Source: Candidatus Cloacimonadales bacterium
GTDB taxonomy: Bacteria; Cloacimonadota; Cloacimonadia; Cloacimonadales; JAFGVF01
Assembly (NCBI GenBank): GCA_963678315.1
Contig: OY782781.1
Span: forward strand, 1,920,001 to 1,984,000
Direction: 5' to 3'
DNA length: 64,000 bases
Positions 50,273-60,497 of the stretch are shown piece after piece. Below the pieces are notes generated by a model that searched no databases, was not told the DNA's origin, and was given only the letters and a program-made list of their open reading frames with translations. Position 1 is the first letter of the stretch. Every line of letters starts with the position of its first letter. A program made the translations under genes and the position numbers.

Positions 50273-50833
50273 ATGTATATTTCAAATGAAGCTAAAGAAG
50301 TTCTATTAAATAATGCTTATAATTGCATTTTGGGAAAAATTAATAATATTGAAGTAAGCCTAGAGCAAATTGACGATGAATTTGTTAAAGAAATTCATGG
50401 AGTTTTTATTCAACTAATAGTAGACGGTGTTTCTAAGGGCATTATGGGAGAATATGAGCCTAATACAAACTTGATTGATACAATTAACAAACTAGCTAGC
50501 AATCTAATTGATACATCAAATAATGAAATTAAGCTTGAAAAACATGAACTTAGTTATATGGAAATTAAAATATCGATATTATCTAAGTTAACAAGAATTT
50601 ATAAAGAAGAGGATATCATTATAGGTAAGCATGGAATAATCATCAAACATCTTGAAGGTAATGGAATAATGCTTCCAATAGATGCTCAAGAAAATTGCTG
50701 TGAAGGTAGAACAATATTCTTGAATGAAGCATGCCATAATGCAGGATTACCATCTTATCAATGGCAAGAGGATGACTGTGAAGTTTATAGATTCGAAACA
50801 GAAGTGTTCAAAAAGGATTATTCAAAAATATAG
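50273..50833 (+). CDS. AMMECR1 / AmmeMemoRadiSam protein A-like (divergent)
   Basis: GVFIQL, ISILS, IGKHGIII, MLP, FL..AC..AGL....W, YRFETEVF. Confidence 0.75.
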   Translation: MYISNEAKEVLLNNAYNCILGKINNIEVSLEQIDDEFVKEIHGVFIQLIVDGVSKGIMGEYEPNTNLIDTINKLASNLIDTSNNEIKLEKHELSYMEIKISILSKLTRIYKEEDIIIGKHGIIIKHLEGNGIMLPIDAQENCCEGRTIFLNEACHNAGLPSYQWQEDDCEVYRFETEVFKKDYSKI

Positions 50834-50904
50834 AGACTTTGATATTTTATTGACAGAATAATACATTCTAATAGTTTGTTAAAAAATTTAAACTATAGGT
50901 AAAT

Positions 50905-52791
50905 ATGAATAAAAACGTCAAAATTGTAACGAATAAGTTACTGAAATATAAAGTTAATTTAATCATGGGACTCATAGCAATGGTCCTATATGCTGTTTTC
51001 AGTGGGGCAACGATAACACTATTAGCTCCACTTTTCGACTATGTCTTTACTAATTTAGATAGAGCAGTTGAGTATAATACAATTAGCGAAATATCTAATG
51101 TGTTATGGGATTCTACAGTTAACAAATTTACTAATTCAGACTTTAACTTCTTTGATAGGTCAAGTTATGATGGAATAATTGAGGGATACAAAGAAATTCT
51201 AGAACTTTCTAATCCTATTCAGCTACTTTATTTCGTTATAATTGTGATTGTAGTAGCCTTGCTATTAAAAAACGTCTTCTATGTTGCTAATAGATTCTTC
51301 TTTTCAGTATTAAAAGCTAAATCTGTTAGAGACATCCGTAATGAAGTATTTACAAGTTATTTATCACAATCAATAGCCTTCTTTAACAAGAATAAAGTTG
51401 GCGATTCTATAGTTAGAATGGTCGATGATGTAAATATTATAAGTAATCTATATATTTCATCAATATTTAATGTCTTAAGAGATGTTATATCCATTGTAAT
51501 TTTCATCTTCATAGCTCTTTTTATAAATGCTAAGTTGTTCCTATTGAGCTTGATGATTGTTCCAATTTTTACTTTTGGGGTTAATTTCTTAGGTAAGAAA
51601 ATCAAGAAATATGCTAAGAGGATTCAAAGACAAGCCTCAACTTTATTCTCCAATATTGAAGAAGTTCTAAGTTCTATGAAAATCGTAAAAGCCTTCTCTA
51701 AAGAAGACTTCGAAAGAAAAAGGATGAACCAAATCAATAGTAGCTATATGCGCTTGAGAATTAAATCTCAGATATATGCTTCACTTAATGTTCCTTTATC
51801 TGAACTTACATCTATGGCAACAGGAATCATTGTCATTGTTCTTGGTGCACAGATGATTAATAGTGATAGTTCAAACTTCTCGCTAGGTTCATTTACTGCC
51901 TTCTTAGGTGCTATATTCTCTATCCTACATCCTTTGAAAGTAGTAACCAAAGCTTATACTGATATAAAAAAAGCAGGAGTTTCACTAGGACGTATAAATG
52001 AAGTAGTTGGACTTTCTCCTGAAATTAATGAAATTGATAATCCTAAAGAAATAAAATCATTTGAGGATTCTATCGAGATTAAAAATGTTTCTTTCGGATA
52101 TCATAAAGATAAAGAAGTCATTAAAAATCTATCACTAACTATCAAGAAAGGACAATCAATCGGTATTGTAGGTTCTTCAGGTTCAGGTAAATCAACTCTG
52201 ATTAATCTAATCAATCGTATGTATGATTTCAATAGTGGTCAAATCCTTATCGATGGCGAGAACATAAAGAACTTTAAAATATATGATTTACGTTCTTTGT
52301 TTGGCCTAGTGACTCAAGAATCAATTCTATTTAGTGAAACTATAGAAAACAATATCAAGTATGGTACCAATAAAGAAGTAAGCCATGATGATGTTGTCAA
52401 TGCCGCAGAAATAGCTTATGCCAAAGAGTTTATTGAAGAGCTTCAAGATTCATACAAACACAGACTAGAGACTAAAGGCTCTGATTTATCTGGAGGCCAA
52501 AAGCAAAGAATATGTATTGCTAGATCGATTGTAGGAAATCCACCAATTCTAATATTTGATGAGGCTACTTCTGCTCTTGACACAGATTCAGAAAAGAATG
52601 TTCAAATTGCTATAGAAAAAGCAACTAAAAATAGAACCGTAATTATGATTGCTCACAGACTTTCAACTATAATTAATTGTGATAAAATTGTAGTTATGGA
52701 TAAGGGTGAAATTGTAGGTGTTGGCACACATGAAGAGTTATTAAAAAATAACACTAGATATGCTGAATTAAGCGGAAGCCAAAATTTATAA
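50905..52791 (+). CDS. MsbA-like lipid exporter ABC transporter
   Basis: 6 TM; GSSGSGKST, LSGGQKQR, DEATSALD; first gene of the LPS-type cluster. Confidence 0.8.
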   Translation: MNKNVKIVTNKLLKYKVNLIMGLIAMVLYAVFSGATITLLAPLFDYVFTNLDRAVEYNTISEISNVLWDSTVNKFTNSDFNFFDRSSYDGIIEGYKEILELSNPIQLLYFVIIVIVVALLLKNVFYVANRFFFSVLKAKSVRDIRNEVFTSYLSQSIAFFNKNKVGDSIVRMVDDVNIISNLYISSIFNVLRDVISIVIFIFIALFINAKLFLLSLMIVPIFTFGVNFLGKKIKKYAKRIQRQASTLFSNIEEVLSSMKIVKAFSKEDFERKRMNQINSSYMRLRIKSQIYASLNVPLSELTSMATGIIVIVLGAQMINSDSSNFSLGSFTAFLGAIFSILHPLKVVTKAYTDIKKAGVSLGRINEVVGLSPEINEIDNPKEIKSFEDSIEIKNVSFGYHKDKEVIKNLSLTIKKGQSIGIVGSSGSGKSTLINLINRMYDFNSGQILIDGENIKNFKIYDLRSLFGLVTQESILFSETIENNIKYGTNKEVSHDDVVNAAEIAYAKEFIEELQDSYKHRLETKGSDLSGGQKQRICIARSIVGNPPILIFDEATSALDTDSEKNVQIAIEKATKNRTVIMIAHRLSTIINCDKIVVMDKGEIVGVGTHEELLKNNTRYAELSGSQNL

Positions 52792-52805
52792 GAATAGGAG
52801 AAATA

Positions 52806-53189
52806 ATGTTAGTAGAAGTTTCTATCGGAGAAGTAGTTGATAAAGTTACTATCCTTTCAATAAAATTAGAAAAGTTTAAAGATGCACAAAAGAAGATGAA
52901 TGTTCAAAAAGAATACGATACTTTAATTAAAGATATTAATAAGCTCGGAATAGACGAAAATTCTCCAGAGTTTCAAGAACTAAGAGCAGTTAATGTGAAA
53001 TTATGGAATATTGAAGATTCTATCCGTGTAAAAGAATTTAACAAAGAGTTTGATGAAGAATTTATCCAAATAGCTAGATCTGTCTACTTTGAAAACGATA
53101 CTAGAGCTGAAATTAAAAAGAAGATTAATCTTAAGTTTGGTTCTTCTTTAATCGAAGAAAAAGAGTATGTAGAATATAAAGGACAATAA
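52806..53189 (+). CDS. DUF6165-like protein
   Basis: VEVSIGEVVDKVTILSIK, LWNIEDSIR, ARSVY.END.RA.IKK.IN, EEKEY. Confidence 0.8.
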   Translation: MLVEVSIGEVVDKVTILSIKLEKFKDAQKKMNVQKEYDTLIKDINKLGIDENSPEFQELRAVNVKLWNIEDSIRVKEFNKEFDEEFIQIARSVYFENDTRAEIKKKINLKFGSSLIEEKEYVEYKGQ

Positions 53190-53585
53190 ATGACTAGAGT
53201 ACTTACTTATGGCACATTTGATTTGTTTCATTATGGGCATCTTAGAATTCTACAAAGGGCAAAATCACTTGGTGATTATTTAATTGTTGCGGTTTCAACT
53301 GATGAATTTAATGCTATTAAGAATAAAAAGAGCACTTATCCTTATGAAGAAAGAGCTCAGATTGTTGAAGCTATAAAGTATGTAGACCAAGTTATCCCAG
53401 AAAATAACTGGGAACAAAAGATTCAAGATATCAAAGAACATAATGTTGACATAATGGTCATGGGTAGTGATTGGTATGGTAAGTTTGATTTCCTTAAAGA
53501 ATACTGCCAAGTGGTTTATCTAGATAGAACCCCCAATATCTCTTCTACTGAAATAAAAGAGGGGATTAGAGGAGATGTGAATTGA
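53190..53585 (+). CDS. tagD: Glycerol-3-phosphate cytidylyltransferase
   Basis: TYGTFDLFHYGH, STDEFN, MGSDW.GKFD, RTPNISST. Confidence 0.92.
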   Translation: MTRVLTYGTFDLFHYGHLRILQRAKSLGDYLIVAVSTDEFNAIKNKKSTYPYEERAQIVEAIKYVDQVIPENNWEQKIQDIKEHNVDIMVMGSDWYGKFDFLKEYCQVVYLDRTPNISSTEIKEGIRGDVN

Positions 53586-54625
53586 ATATCTCTAGATATA
53601 TTAACTTTGTTCCTTATTTATTTGCTTGGCATACTAAAAAGCTACTAAACAATCAAAAACAAGCAGATTTCTATTGTGGTAATATTGTAGATTACTTCTG
53701 TTTTAAAAAAGTTCTTCAACATTATCCAAAAATGAGAGTCGTTGCTAAGAATAAGAAAGTCAGAGATAAGTTAAAAGAACATGGTGTTAAGTCAATCTTG
53801 TATCCAACTTTCCCTGATACAGTTGTAATGTGTAGACATTCTGCTAGAAAATATCCATTGAAACAAATAAAGAAGATTGGTCTTAGGCACGGTCCTTATC
53901 ACTTTAAGAATTTTATTAATCCAAGATACTATAATGAGTTTGATAGCTATCTATTTACTTCTGAATTTGAAGCAAAAGAGGCTAAAGAGATAGGAATAAC
54001 TAATGGACAAGGACCCGGGTATCCAAAGATTGATGATGCCTTTGATGGATCTATATCCGAAAGTATATTAAATAAGTTGAAGAAAGACTTAGGAATAGAT
54101 AGTAATTTACCAACAATTATATTCTCAGCAACCTGGAATAAAACTAACTATTCAGCTATCAATAAATGGTATGATAAGATAAACACTTTAGTTGGAAAGT
54201 ATAATATACTTGTAACAGTGCATGATTGGACTACTCAAGATATCAAAGACAAACTAAAGCATACTAAAGGAATCCATTATATTGAAGATAAAGAAATCTT
54301 AAAGTACTTAATGATTTCAGATTTAATGATTGGCGATATTAGTTCTATTATTGCAGAATTCTCAGCTTTGGATAAAGCAATAATTACTTTTAGAATAGAG
54401 GTTGGTAAAAGAACAACAAAGCAGATTATTGAAATGCTCGATAACATGACCTACAGAGTAGATTCTTTCGAGGAACTCGAAGCTTTAATTGATATAGCCT
54501 TGGCTGATAATGGAGAAAAGCATAGACTTCAAAGACAAAAATATAATGAAATTATGTTTGGTCAACTGGATGGAAAAGCTAACCTAAGGGTTAAAACAAT
54601 TATAGATAATTTTATAGAGGGTTAA
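53582..54625 (+). CDS. CDP-glycerol glycerophosphotransferase family protein (TagB/F-like)
   Basis: RHG, GYPKID, IFSATW, DLMIGDISS. Confidence 0.75.
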   Translation: MNISRYINFVPYLFAWHTKKLLNNQKQADFYCGNIVDYFCFKKVLQHYPKMRVVAKNKKVRDKLKEHGVKSILYPTFPDTVVMCRHSARKYPLKQIKKIGLRHGPYHFKNFINPRYYNEFDSYLFTSEFEAKEAKEIGITNGQGPGYPKIDDAFDGSISESILNKLKKDLGIDSNLPTIIFSATWNKTNYSAINKWYDKINTLVGKYNILVTVHDWTTQDIKDKLKHTKGIHYIEDKEILKYLMISDLMIGDISSIIAEFSALDKAIITFRIEVGKRTTKQIIEMLDNMTYRVDSFEELEALIDIALADNGEKHRLQRQKYNEIMFGQLDGKANLRVKTIIDNFIEG

Positions 54626-54626
54626 A

Positions 54627-55625
54627 ATGAAATTAGGTATCTTAACAGCTTTTAGAGATCAACATAAGTATTATGTTAGAGCTTGCCAAGAATTAAATAT
54701 TGAATATGAAATCATTGATATAATTAGCTATAAATGGCTTGAAAAGCTAATGGCAAGTGATTGCGATGGTTACTTGTGCAGACCTCCATCAAAGTTTCAA
54801 GAAAGAAAAACTATGTTTGATGAGAGACTTAGATTCATTACTGAATACTTGAAGAAGCCTATTTATCCTGGTTATGAAGAACTTTATATCTATGAAAACA
54901 AGAAGATGATGGATACTTGGTTAACTTATAATAATATTAGTCATGCAAAAACCTATGTATTCTATGATAAACAAGAATATGTTAATTTTGTAAAAAATGC
55001 TAAATTTCCTTTAGTATTCAAGACAAATATTGGTTCAACATCAAAGGGTGTCAAAATTGTTAAGTCTAAGAGTTCAGCCTTAAAAATAGGCAATAAAATA
55101 TTTGGATTAACTAATTCAAAGTTATCTAAAGGGTATACACCTCAAACTACTGGAAAGGTAATTAAATTTACAGCTGTTGGAGCTAGTCAAAAGCATTATA
55201 TAATTCTTCAAGAGTTTATCGATGTCGTTTGGGAATGGAGAATGGTTAAAATTGGTGAATCATATTTTGGACACAAGAAGCTTATGAAGAAAGGCTTTGC
55301 AAGTGGTTCAAAGCTCAAGGGGTGGGATAACCCTTCTCAAGAGATTCTCCATTTTACTAAATCTATCTGTGATAAAGGTAATTTTAATTCCATGAATATT
55401 GATATATTTGAAACCCCTAATGGAGACTTATATGTTAATGAACTTCAAGCCATCTTTGGTCAATCAACAGAACATCTTATGCTAATTGATGGTAAAGCTG
55501 GACGTTACATATATAAAAATAATCAATTTGTATTCGAAGAAGGGAACTTTAATCAAAATGCATCATGCAATCTAAGAGTAAAAAACTTTATTGATATTTT
55601 AGAAGGTGACTGTGATGCAAAGTAA
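54627..55625 (+). CDS. ATP-grasp ligase (polysaccharide-associated)
   Basis: FPLVFKT..GS.SKGV, ILQEFID, YVNELQ. Confidence 0.75.
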   Translation: MKLGILTAFRDQHKYYVRACQELNIEYEIIDIISYKWLEKLMASDCDGYLCRPPSKFQERKTMFDERLRFITEYLKKPIYPGYEELYIYENKKMMDTWLTYNNISHAKTYVFYDKQEYVNFVKNAKFPLVFKTNIGSTSKGVKIVKSKSSALKIGNKIFGLTNSKLSKGYTPQTTGKVIKFTAVGASQKHYIILQEFIDVVWEWRMVKIGESYFGHKKLMKKGFASGSKLKGWDNPSQEILHFTKSICDKGNFNSMNIDIFETPNGDLYVNELQAIFGQSTEHLMLIDGKAGRYIYKNNQFVFEEGNFNQNASCNLRVKNFIDILEGDCDAK

Positions 55626-56625
55626 TTTCTCTGATGTAAAAAAGATATTAATAATCCAGTATAAGCCTTTCGGAGATATACTCTTAAATACAGCTTATTT
55701 ACCTGGTTTAAGAAAGAAATTCCCAAATGCTCAGATAGATTTTTTAATTCAAAGGCCATATAGAATTGTCTTAGAGGATAACCCTCATATCGATAATTTA
55801 GTGATAATGGAAAAGACTAAGAATGAATTTAAGAAGATTGGAATCAGAATTAAAACTATCCTTAAGGTTAGAAAAGAAAAGTATGATCTTGTCATTGACC
55901 AGCTCAGAGGAGTAGGATCTGCCCAAATTACTCTATTTAGTGGAGCAAGATATAGACTAGGCTGGAAACTAAAGAAGTATAATTGGGTTTATAATTATTT
56001 AACTCCTAGAGATAATCTTAGATATTATGCTCTGCTCAAGAGTGATGTGTTAAAACCTCTAAATATAAAGTTTGACAGCTTGGAAACCTTCTATCACATT
56101 AAAGAAAAGTCTCTGACTTATATTGATAAATGGCTAAAAGAAGTTGGACTTGAAGGTAAACCCTTCTTGATTGTTTCTCCAACATCTCCGGTTCTTTATA
56201 AACAATGGGATTTAGCTTCTTATGCTAAAACTCTTGATATGGTTAAAGAAGGGCTTGGATTGGATATTGTTTTCCTTTGGGGACCAAACGAATTGGCTAA
56301 TGTTGAAACTATTGTTGCTCAAATGAAAACAAAGGCTATTATTGCTTGCAAGACTAACTTCAATGAGGCAGGAGCTCTGCTTAAACGAGGAAGTATATTC
56401 TTTGGGAATGATGGTGGTGTTAATCACCTTGCAATAGCTGTTAAGACTCCATCCGTTGCTATTTTTGGACCTCATACCAATCCTATTAAGTGGCAGGCAA
56501 ACCATATTAAAACCCACACTTTCCTAAGAAATTGGGACTGCAAAGATAAAACAGATAGAAGGCTTGGTATTAGCCCTGAAATGGCATTTAAAGAACTAAA
56601 GAAAATGTATGAGATGATTAAATGA
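55606..56625 (+). CDS. Glycosyltransferase family 9 (heptosyltransferase-like); start possibly 55615
   Basis: FGDILL, FPNAQID, KQW, GNDGG.NHLA.A...P.VAIFGP. Confidence 0.88.
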   Translation: MTVMQSNFSDVKKILIIQYKPFGDILLNTAYLPGLRKKFPNAQIDFLIQRPYRIVLEDNPHIDNLVIMEKTKNEFKKIGIRIKTILKVRKEKYDLVIDQLRGVGSAQITLFSGARYRLGWKLKKYNWVYNYLTPRDNLRYYALLKSDVLKPLNIKFDSLETFYHIKEKSLTYIDKWLKEVGLEGKPFLIVSPTSPVLYKQWDLASYAKTLDMVKEGLGLDIVFLWGPNELANVETIVAQMKTKAIIACKTNFNEAGALLKRGSIFFGNDGGVNHLAIAVKTPSVAIFGPHTNPIKWQANHIKTHTFLRNWDCKDKTDRRLGISPEMAFKELKKMYEMIK

Positions 56626-57671
56626 AATATGTTCTCTATATAGCTAAACTGTATTCACTTTCAATTTTTCAACCTATTGTAAAAGCTCTCAAAGAGACCA
56701 ACAATGATTATCGATTTTATGTTTCGGACAATGTAAGAAATAATTGGAATAATGATTGGGATAAGAATCTCATTCTTGAAGATATCCCTGCTGCTAAAAA
56801 GTATAATTCTGACGCAGTACTCTGTCCTGGTAACTTTGTAGATTGGAGAATTCCAGGAATCAAAGTGCAAATATTCCATGGCTTAGGGGTTGAAAAAGCT
56901 GCACATTTTAAGATAAGGCATTTCTTTGATGTTTATGCTACTTCTGGACCTTATGTAACAGAAAGATTTAAGAAACTTCAAAGTGATAACAATAACTATT
57001 TTGATATTATTGAAACTGGTTGGCCTAAGGTTGATCAAATCATTAATTATGACATGAATGGTTTAAGGGAAAAATACAATATCCCAGAAAATAAAAAAGT
57101 GATCCTTTATGCGCCTACATTTAGTCATAAAATGGAATCTGCTACAAAAACTTTAAGTTCAATGGCTGACTTAGCAAATGATGATGAAGTTTGGCTTTTG
57201 AAGTTTCATGCATTGATGAATAAAGATATCATAAACGATTTCCGTAAGTTGGGAAATGATAATATCAGAGTTATGAATGAAAAGGATATTACTCCATTGC
57301 TACATATTTCTGATATTATGATTTCTGATACTTCTTCTGTTATATATGAATTCATGATTTTGAATAAGCCTGTCATTACTATTGATACAATCGACCTCAA
57401 AGATAAAGGACTAAATATCAATGATGTTCATGAATTAAGATCTGCAATCAATAAGTTGAAGGAAAATCCAATTTTATTGCAGGATAAGATTGATAAATAT
57501 GTGAATCTTATTAATCCATACACTGATGGTAAAGTGTGCTATAATTTGATAAAAGAAGTTAACAAGTTAGTTGATAGTGGTCATCTACCAAAGTCTAATA
57601 AGCCGCTAAATCTGTTTAGGAAGTGGCAAATTATCTATCACTCAATTTTCAGGAAAGGGTATTTAAGATAA
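56622..57671 (+). CDS. CDP-glycerol glycerophosphotransferase family protein
   Basis: QIFHG, ETGWPKVD, LYAPTF, KFH, SDTSSVIYEF...KPVI. Confidence 0.85.
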   Translation: MKYVLYIAKLYSLSIFQPIVKALKETNNDYRFYVSDNVRNNWNNDWDKNLILEDIPAAKKYNSDAVLCPGNFVDWRIPGIKVQIFHGLGVEKAAHFKIRHFFDVYATSGPYVTERFKKLQSDNNNYFDIIETGWPKVDQIINYDMNGLREKYNIPENKKVILYAPTFSHKMESATKTLSSMADLANDDEVWLLKFHALMNKDIINDFRKLGNDNIRVMNEKDITPLLHISDIMISDTSSVIYEFMILNKPVITIDTIDLKDKGLNINDVHELRSAINKLKENPILLQDKIDKYVNLINPYTDGKVCYNLIKEVNKLVDSGHLPKSNKPLNLFRKWQIIYHSIFRKGYLR

Positions 57672-58264
57672 TGGCTGGAAATCTAAAGTTAGTTGGAAAA
57701 ATAGCAGATGTTGCTCTTGATATGCTTAAAAAGACCTGTCAAGCATTAGAAAATAATACAATAGATTATATTCTTGAAGGAGGAACCCTTCTTGGTATAA
57801 TTAGAGAGGAAAGGCTTCTTCCTTGGGATAATGATCTTGATATTACGGTTAAATATGAGGATCTAGATAAAATACTTAAAGCACGAAAAGATATCTGGAA
57901 AGCTGGTTATAGAACTAGAGTTAGACACTATAAAGAAGATATAGGTCCTTTCAAAAAAGGTCAAGTTAAGATTATAAAGGTTCAAACTAGGAAGTTATTT
58001 TTCTTTAAAGGTTTTACTTTACTTGATATTTTCGTAAAGAAGAGAGTAGATGGTAAATACTATTGGACTGTTGGTGGAAAAAATATTGTTCTGAAGTCTG
58101 CTCCAGAAAAGTTCTATAAAGAGCTGAGTAAAGTTAATTTTAAAGGTCACGATTATTCTATTCCTAAAGATTATAAAGAATATTTGACTTATAGGTATGG
58201 CCAATGGAATATTGTAAAGAAAGATTATAATTATAAAAAAGACGATAATGCTATTGTAAAATAA
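57671..58264 (+). CDS. LicD-family phosphotransferase
   Basis: GGTLLGIIRE..LLPWDNDLD, LDIF, YLTYRYG; ATG at 57671 overlaps the upstream TAA. Confidence 0.88.
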   Translation: MAGNLKLVGKIADVALDMLKKTCQALENNTIDYILEGGTLLGIIREERLLPWDNDLDITVKYEDLDKILKARKDIWKAGYRTRVRHYKEDIGPFKKGQVKIIKVQTRKLFFFKGFTLLDIFVKKRVDGKYYWTVGGKNIVLKSAPEKFYKELSKVNFKGHDYSIPKDYKEYLTYRYGQWNIVKKDYNYKKDDNAIVK

Positions 58265-58276
58265 AGGTAAGGTATA

Positions 58277-59032
58277 ATGAGAGCTATTATAATTGCTGCT
58301 GGTAAAGGAACGAGATTGTATCCATTAACTAAGAATACTCCAAAAAGTTTATTAGAAATTGGTGATGGTTTAACATTACTTGAATCACAGTTACATTCTT
58401 TGAAAGAAAATAATATAAAAGATGTTACCATAATTGTAGGCTATCTTGCAAAGCAAATTGAAGCTAAAATTGATAAATATAGAGATGACTTTAATATAGA
58501 TATAGTGTATAATCCTTTTTATGATGTTTCTAACAATCTAATTTCAGTTTGGATGGCTAGATACTATATGAATGAAGATTTTATTACTATAAATGGTGAT
58601 GATATCTTCAATCCTGTCATCATAGAAGATCTTTTAAAAAGCTCTGAACAGATAACCATGGTAGTTGACTATAAAGATTCTTATGATGAAGATGATATGA
58701 AGATTATCCATGAAAGAGGACTTGTCAAACAAGTCAACAAGAAAATTGCCCCTAAAGATGCTAATGGAGAATCGGTCGGCATTATTAAATTTTCAGGACA
58801 AGGACGCAACATATACATTCGAACTCTTGAAGAGATGGTTAGAGATAATGCTAATATGAACTCTTTTTATCTTAGTGCAATACAAAGAATTATTGATAAA
58901 GGCTATTCTGTTAATATGTCTGTTTGCGATCCTAAGAATTGGGGTGAATTAGATTTTCACCCAGATTTATTATTTATTAGAGAATATGTAAGGAAAGAGA
59001 ACTTATCTCAAGTTATTCTTGGGAAAAGTTAA
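58277..59032 (+). CDS. Phosphocholine cytidylyltransferase-like NTP transferase (LicC family)
   Basis: IIAAGKGTRL, PKSL, YNPFY..NN..S, NGD, GESVGI, ELDF..DL. Confidence 0.85.
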   Translation: MRAIIIAAGKGTRLYPLTKNTPKSLLEIGDGLTLLESQLHSLKENNIKDVTIIVGYLAKQIEAKIDKYRDDFNIDIVYNPFYDVSNNLISVWMARYYMNEDFITINGDDIFNPVIIEDLLKSSEQITMVVDYKDSYDEDDMKIIHERGLVKQVNKKIAPKDANGESVGIIKFSGQGRNIYIRTLEEMVRDNANMNSFYLSAIQRIIDKGYSVNMSVCDPKNWGELDFHPDLLFIREYVRKENLSQVILGKS

Positions 59033-59038
59033 ATAAAC

Positions 59039-59779
59039 TTGAATAATAGATTAGAAATGTGTAAATCGTTAGATATACATACTCATTTATCTCAACTAAA
59101 GGATAAAATATCTAGCTATTATGCTGATTTTCCAGATACTATTCATGTCTCTACAGCATTAAATAAGCAAGAAGTAGATTTTCATCTAGATAACAATATC
59201 CCATATTGGTTTGCTGGTTGTCATCCTATGGATATAAACAATTATACATTGTTTGAACCAATTTTAATTAAGCTTCTTGAATCAAAGAAAATCTTAGGGA
59301 TTGGTGAAATAGGCCTTGATAAAAGATTCCCAAATAATCAACTACAAATAGAAGTTTTTCTTAAGCAATTGAAACTAGCTGAGAAATACCAAATGCCTAT
59401 CTTACTTCATGCTTATGGGTCTCCTTATAAAATCGTTGATTTTTTAAAGAGGCTAGTAAGGATAAAGAAAGGAGTAATTATGCATGGATTTAAAGGATCA
59501 ATGGAGGTTTTCAAGGAATTAGACAAGTTAGAAGTTTATATCTCTTTGAGTAATCGGATTCTTAAACCATTGAAACATAGAGAAGTAGTTAAAGCAATTC
59601 TTGCTACTGGAAGATATTTTATTGAGAGTGATTATCCATATAATGGAGATCTGAAGGAAACAACATTAATAGCACAAAAAATCGAAGAAGATTATAGAAT
59701 AAGTGGTGTTATGGATAGATGTATAGAAAATTTTGAGCTTATTTTTGGGAGGCATTGTGGAACAATATCAGAGATCTAG
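59039..59779 (+). CDS. TatD-family nuclease
   Basis: DIHTH, GCHP, GEIGLD, LLH, MHGF, ESD.P. Confidence 0.85.
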   Translation: MNNRLEMCKSLDIHTHLSQLKDKISSYYADFPDTIHVSTALNKQEVDFHLDNNIPYWFAGCHPMDINNYTLFEPILIKLLESKKILGIGEIGLDKRFPNNQLQIEVFLKQLKLAEKYQMPILLHAYGSPYKIVDFLKRLVRIKKGVIMHGFKGSMEVFKELDKLEVYISLSNRILKPLKHREVVKAILATGRYFIESDYPYNGDLKETTLIAQKIEEDYRISGVMDRCIENFELIFGRHCGTISEI

Positions 59780-60497
59780 TTTGATTGTAGGAGATGAGTC
59801 AATAAGCAAATTCAGAGATATAAATATCTTAATTGTGGGTCTAGGTGGAGTAGGGGGATATGCATTAGAAGGTCTAGCAAGAGCTGGTTTTAGTAAATTT
59901 ACTATAGTTGATTTTGACCATGTAAGTGAATCAAATATAAACCGTCAGATAATTGCTTTGCATAGCACGATAGGCAAGCTAAAGAGTGAATTGTTTAAAG
60001 AAAGATTGTTAGATATTAATCCTGAATGCCAAGTTAAGGTTATATCTCAATTCTTAGATGATGAAAATCGTAAAGAGTTGATAATGAAAGCTGATTTTGT
60101 GGTCGATGCAATTGATAGTTTAGGTCCGAAGGTTGGTCTGCTTGAAGATTGTTTTCGTAATAATATCAAGGTTGTTTCTTCGATGGGAGCAGGGAATAGA
60201 CTTGACCCTTCTAAGATTAAAATAGCAGATTTATCTAAAAGTAGAAACTGTTCTTTAGCAAAACGGGTAAGGAAATTTTTAAGAAGAAGAGGCATAAATA
60301 AGGGGATTCCAGTTGTTTATTCTGAAGAATTACCGATTACTGATTATCTGAAAGAGGGAAGAGGTAAATCAGAGGAACTTAGTGATAGGGGAAGAGAGAG
60401 AACCTTAGTCGGTTCAATTTCTTATTATCCCGCAATAATGGGTATGATGTTGGCATCTTATATAATTAGGTACTATATCGATGACGAAAAAGCTTAA
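59757..60497 (+). CDS. tcdA: tRNA threonylcarbamoyladenosine dehydratase (ThiF family)
   Basis: GLGGVGG, SNINRQ, DAID, SSMGAG..LDP, VVYSEE; GTG at 59757 with a GGGAGG RBS. Confidence 0.88.
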   Translation: MEQYQRSSLIVGDESISKFRDINILIVGLGGVGGYALEGLARAGFSKFTIVDFDHVSESNINRQIIALHSTIGKLKSELFKERLLDINPECQVKVISQFLDDENRKELIMKADFVVDAIDSLGPKVGLLEDCFRNNIKVVSSMGAGNRLDPSKIKIADLSKSRNCSLAKRVRKFLRRRGINKGIPVVYSEELPITDYLKEGRGKSEELSDRGRERTLVGSISYYPAIMGMMLASYIIRYYIDDEKA

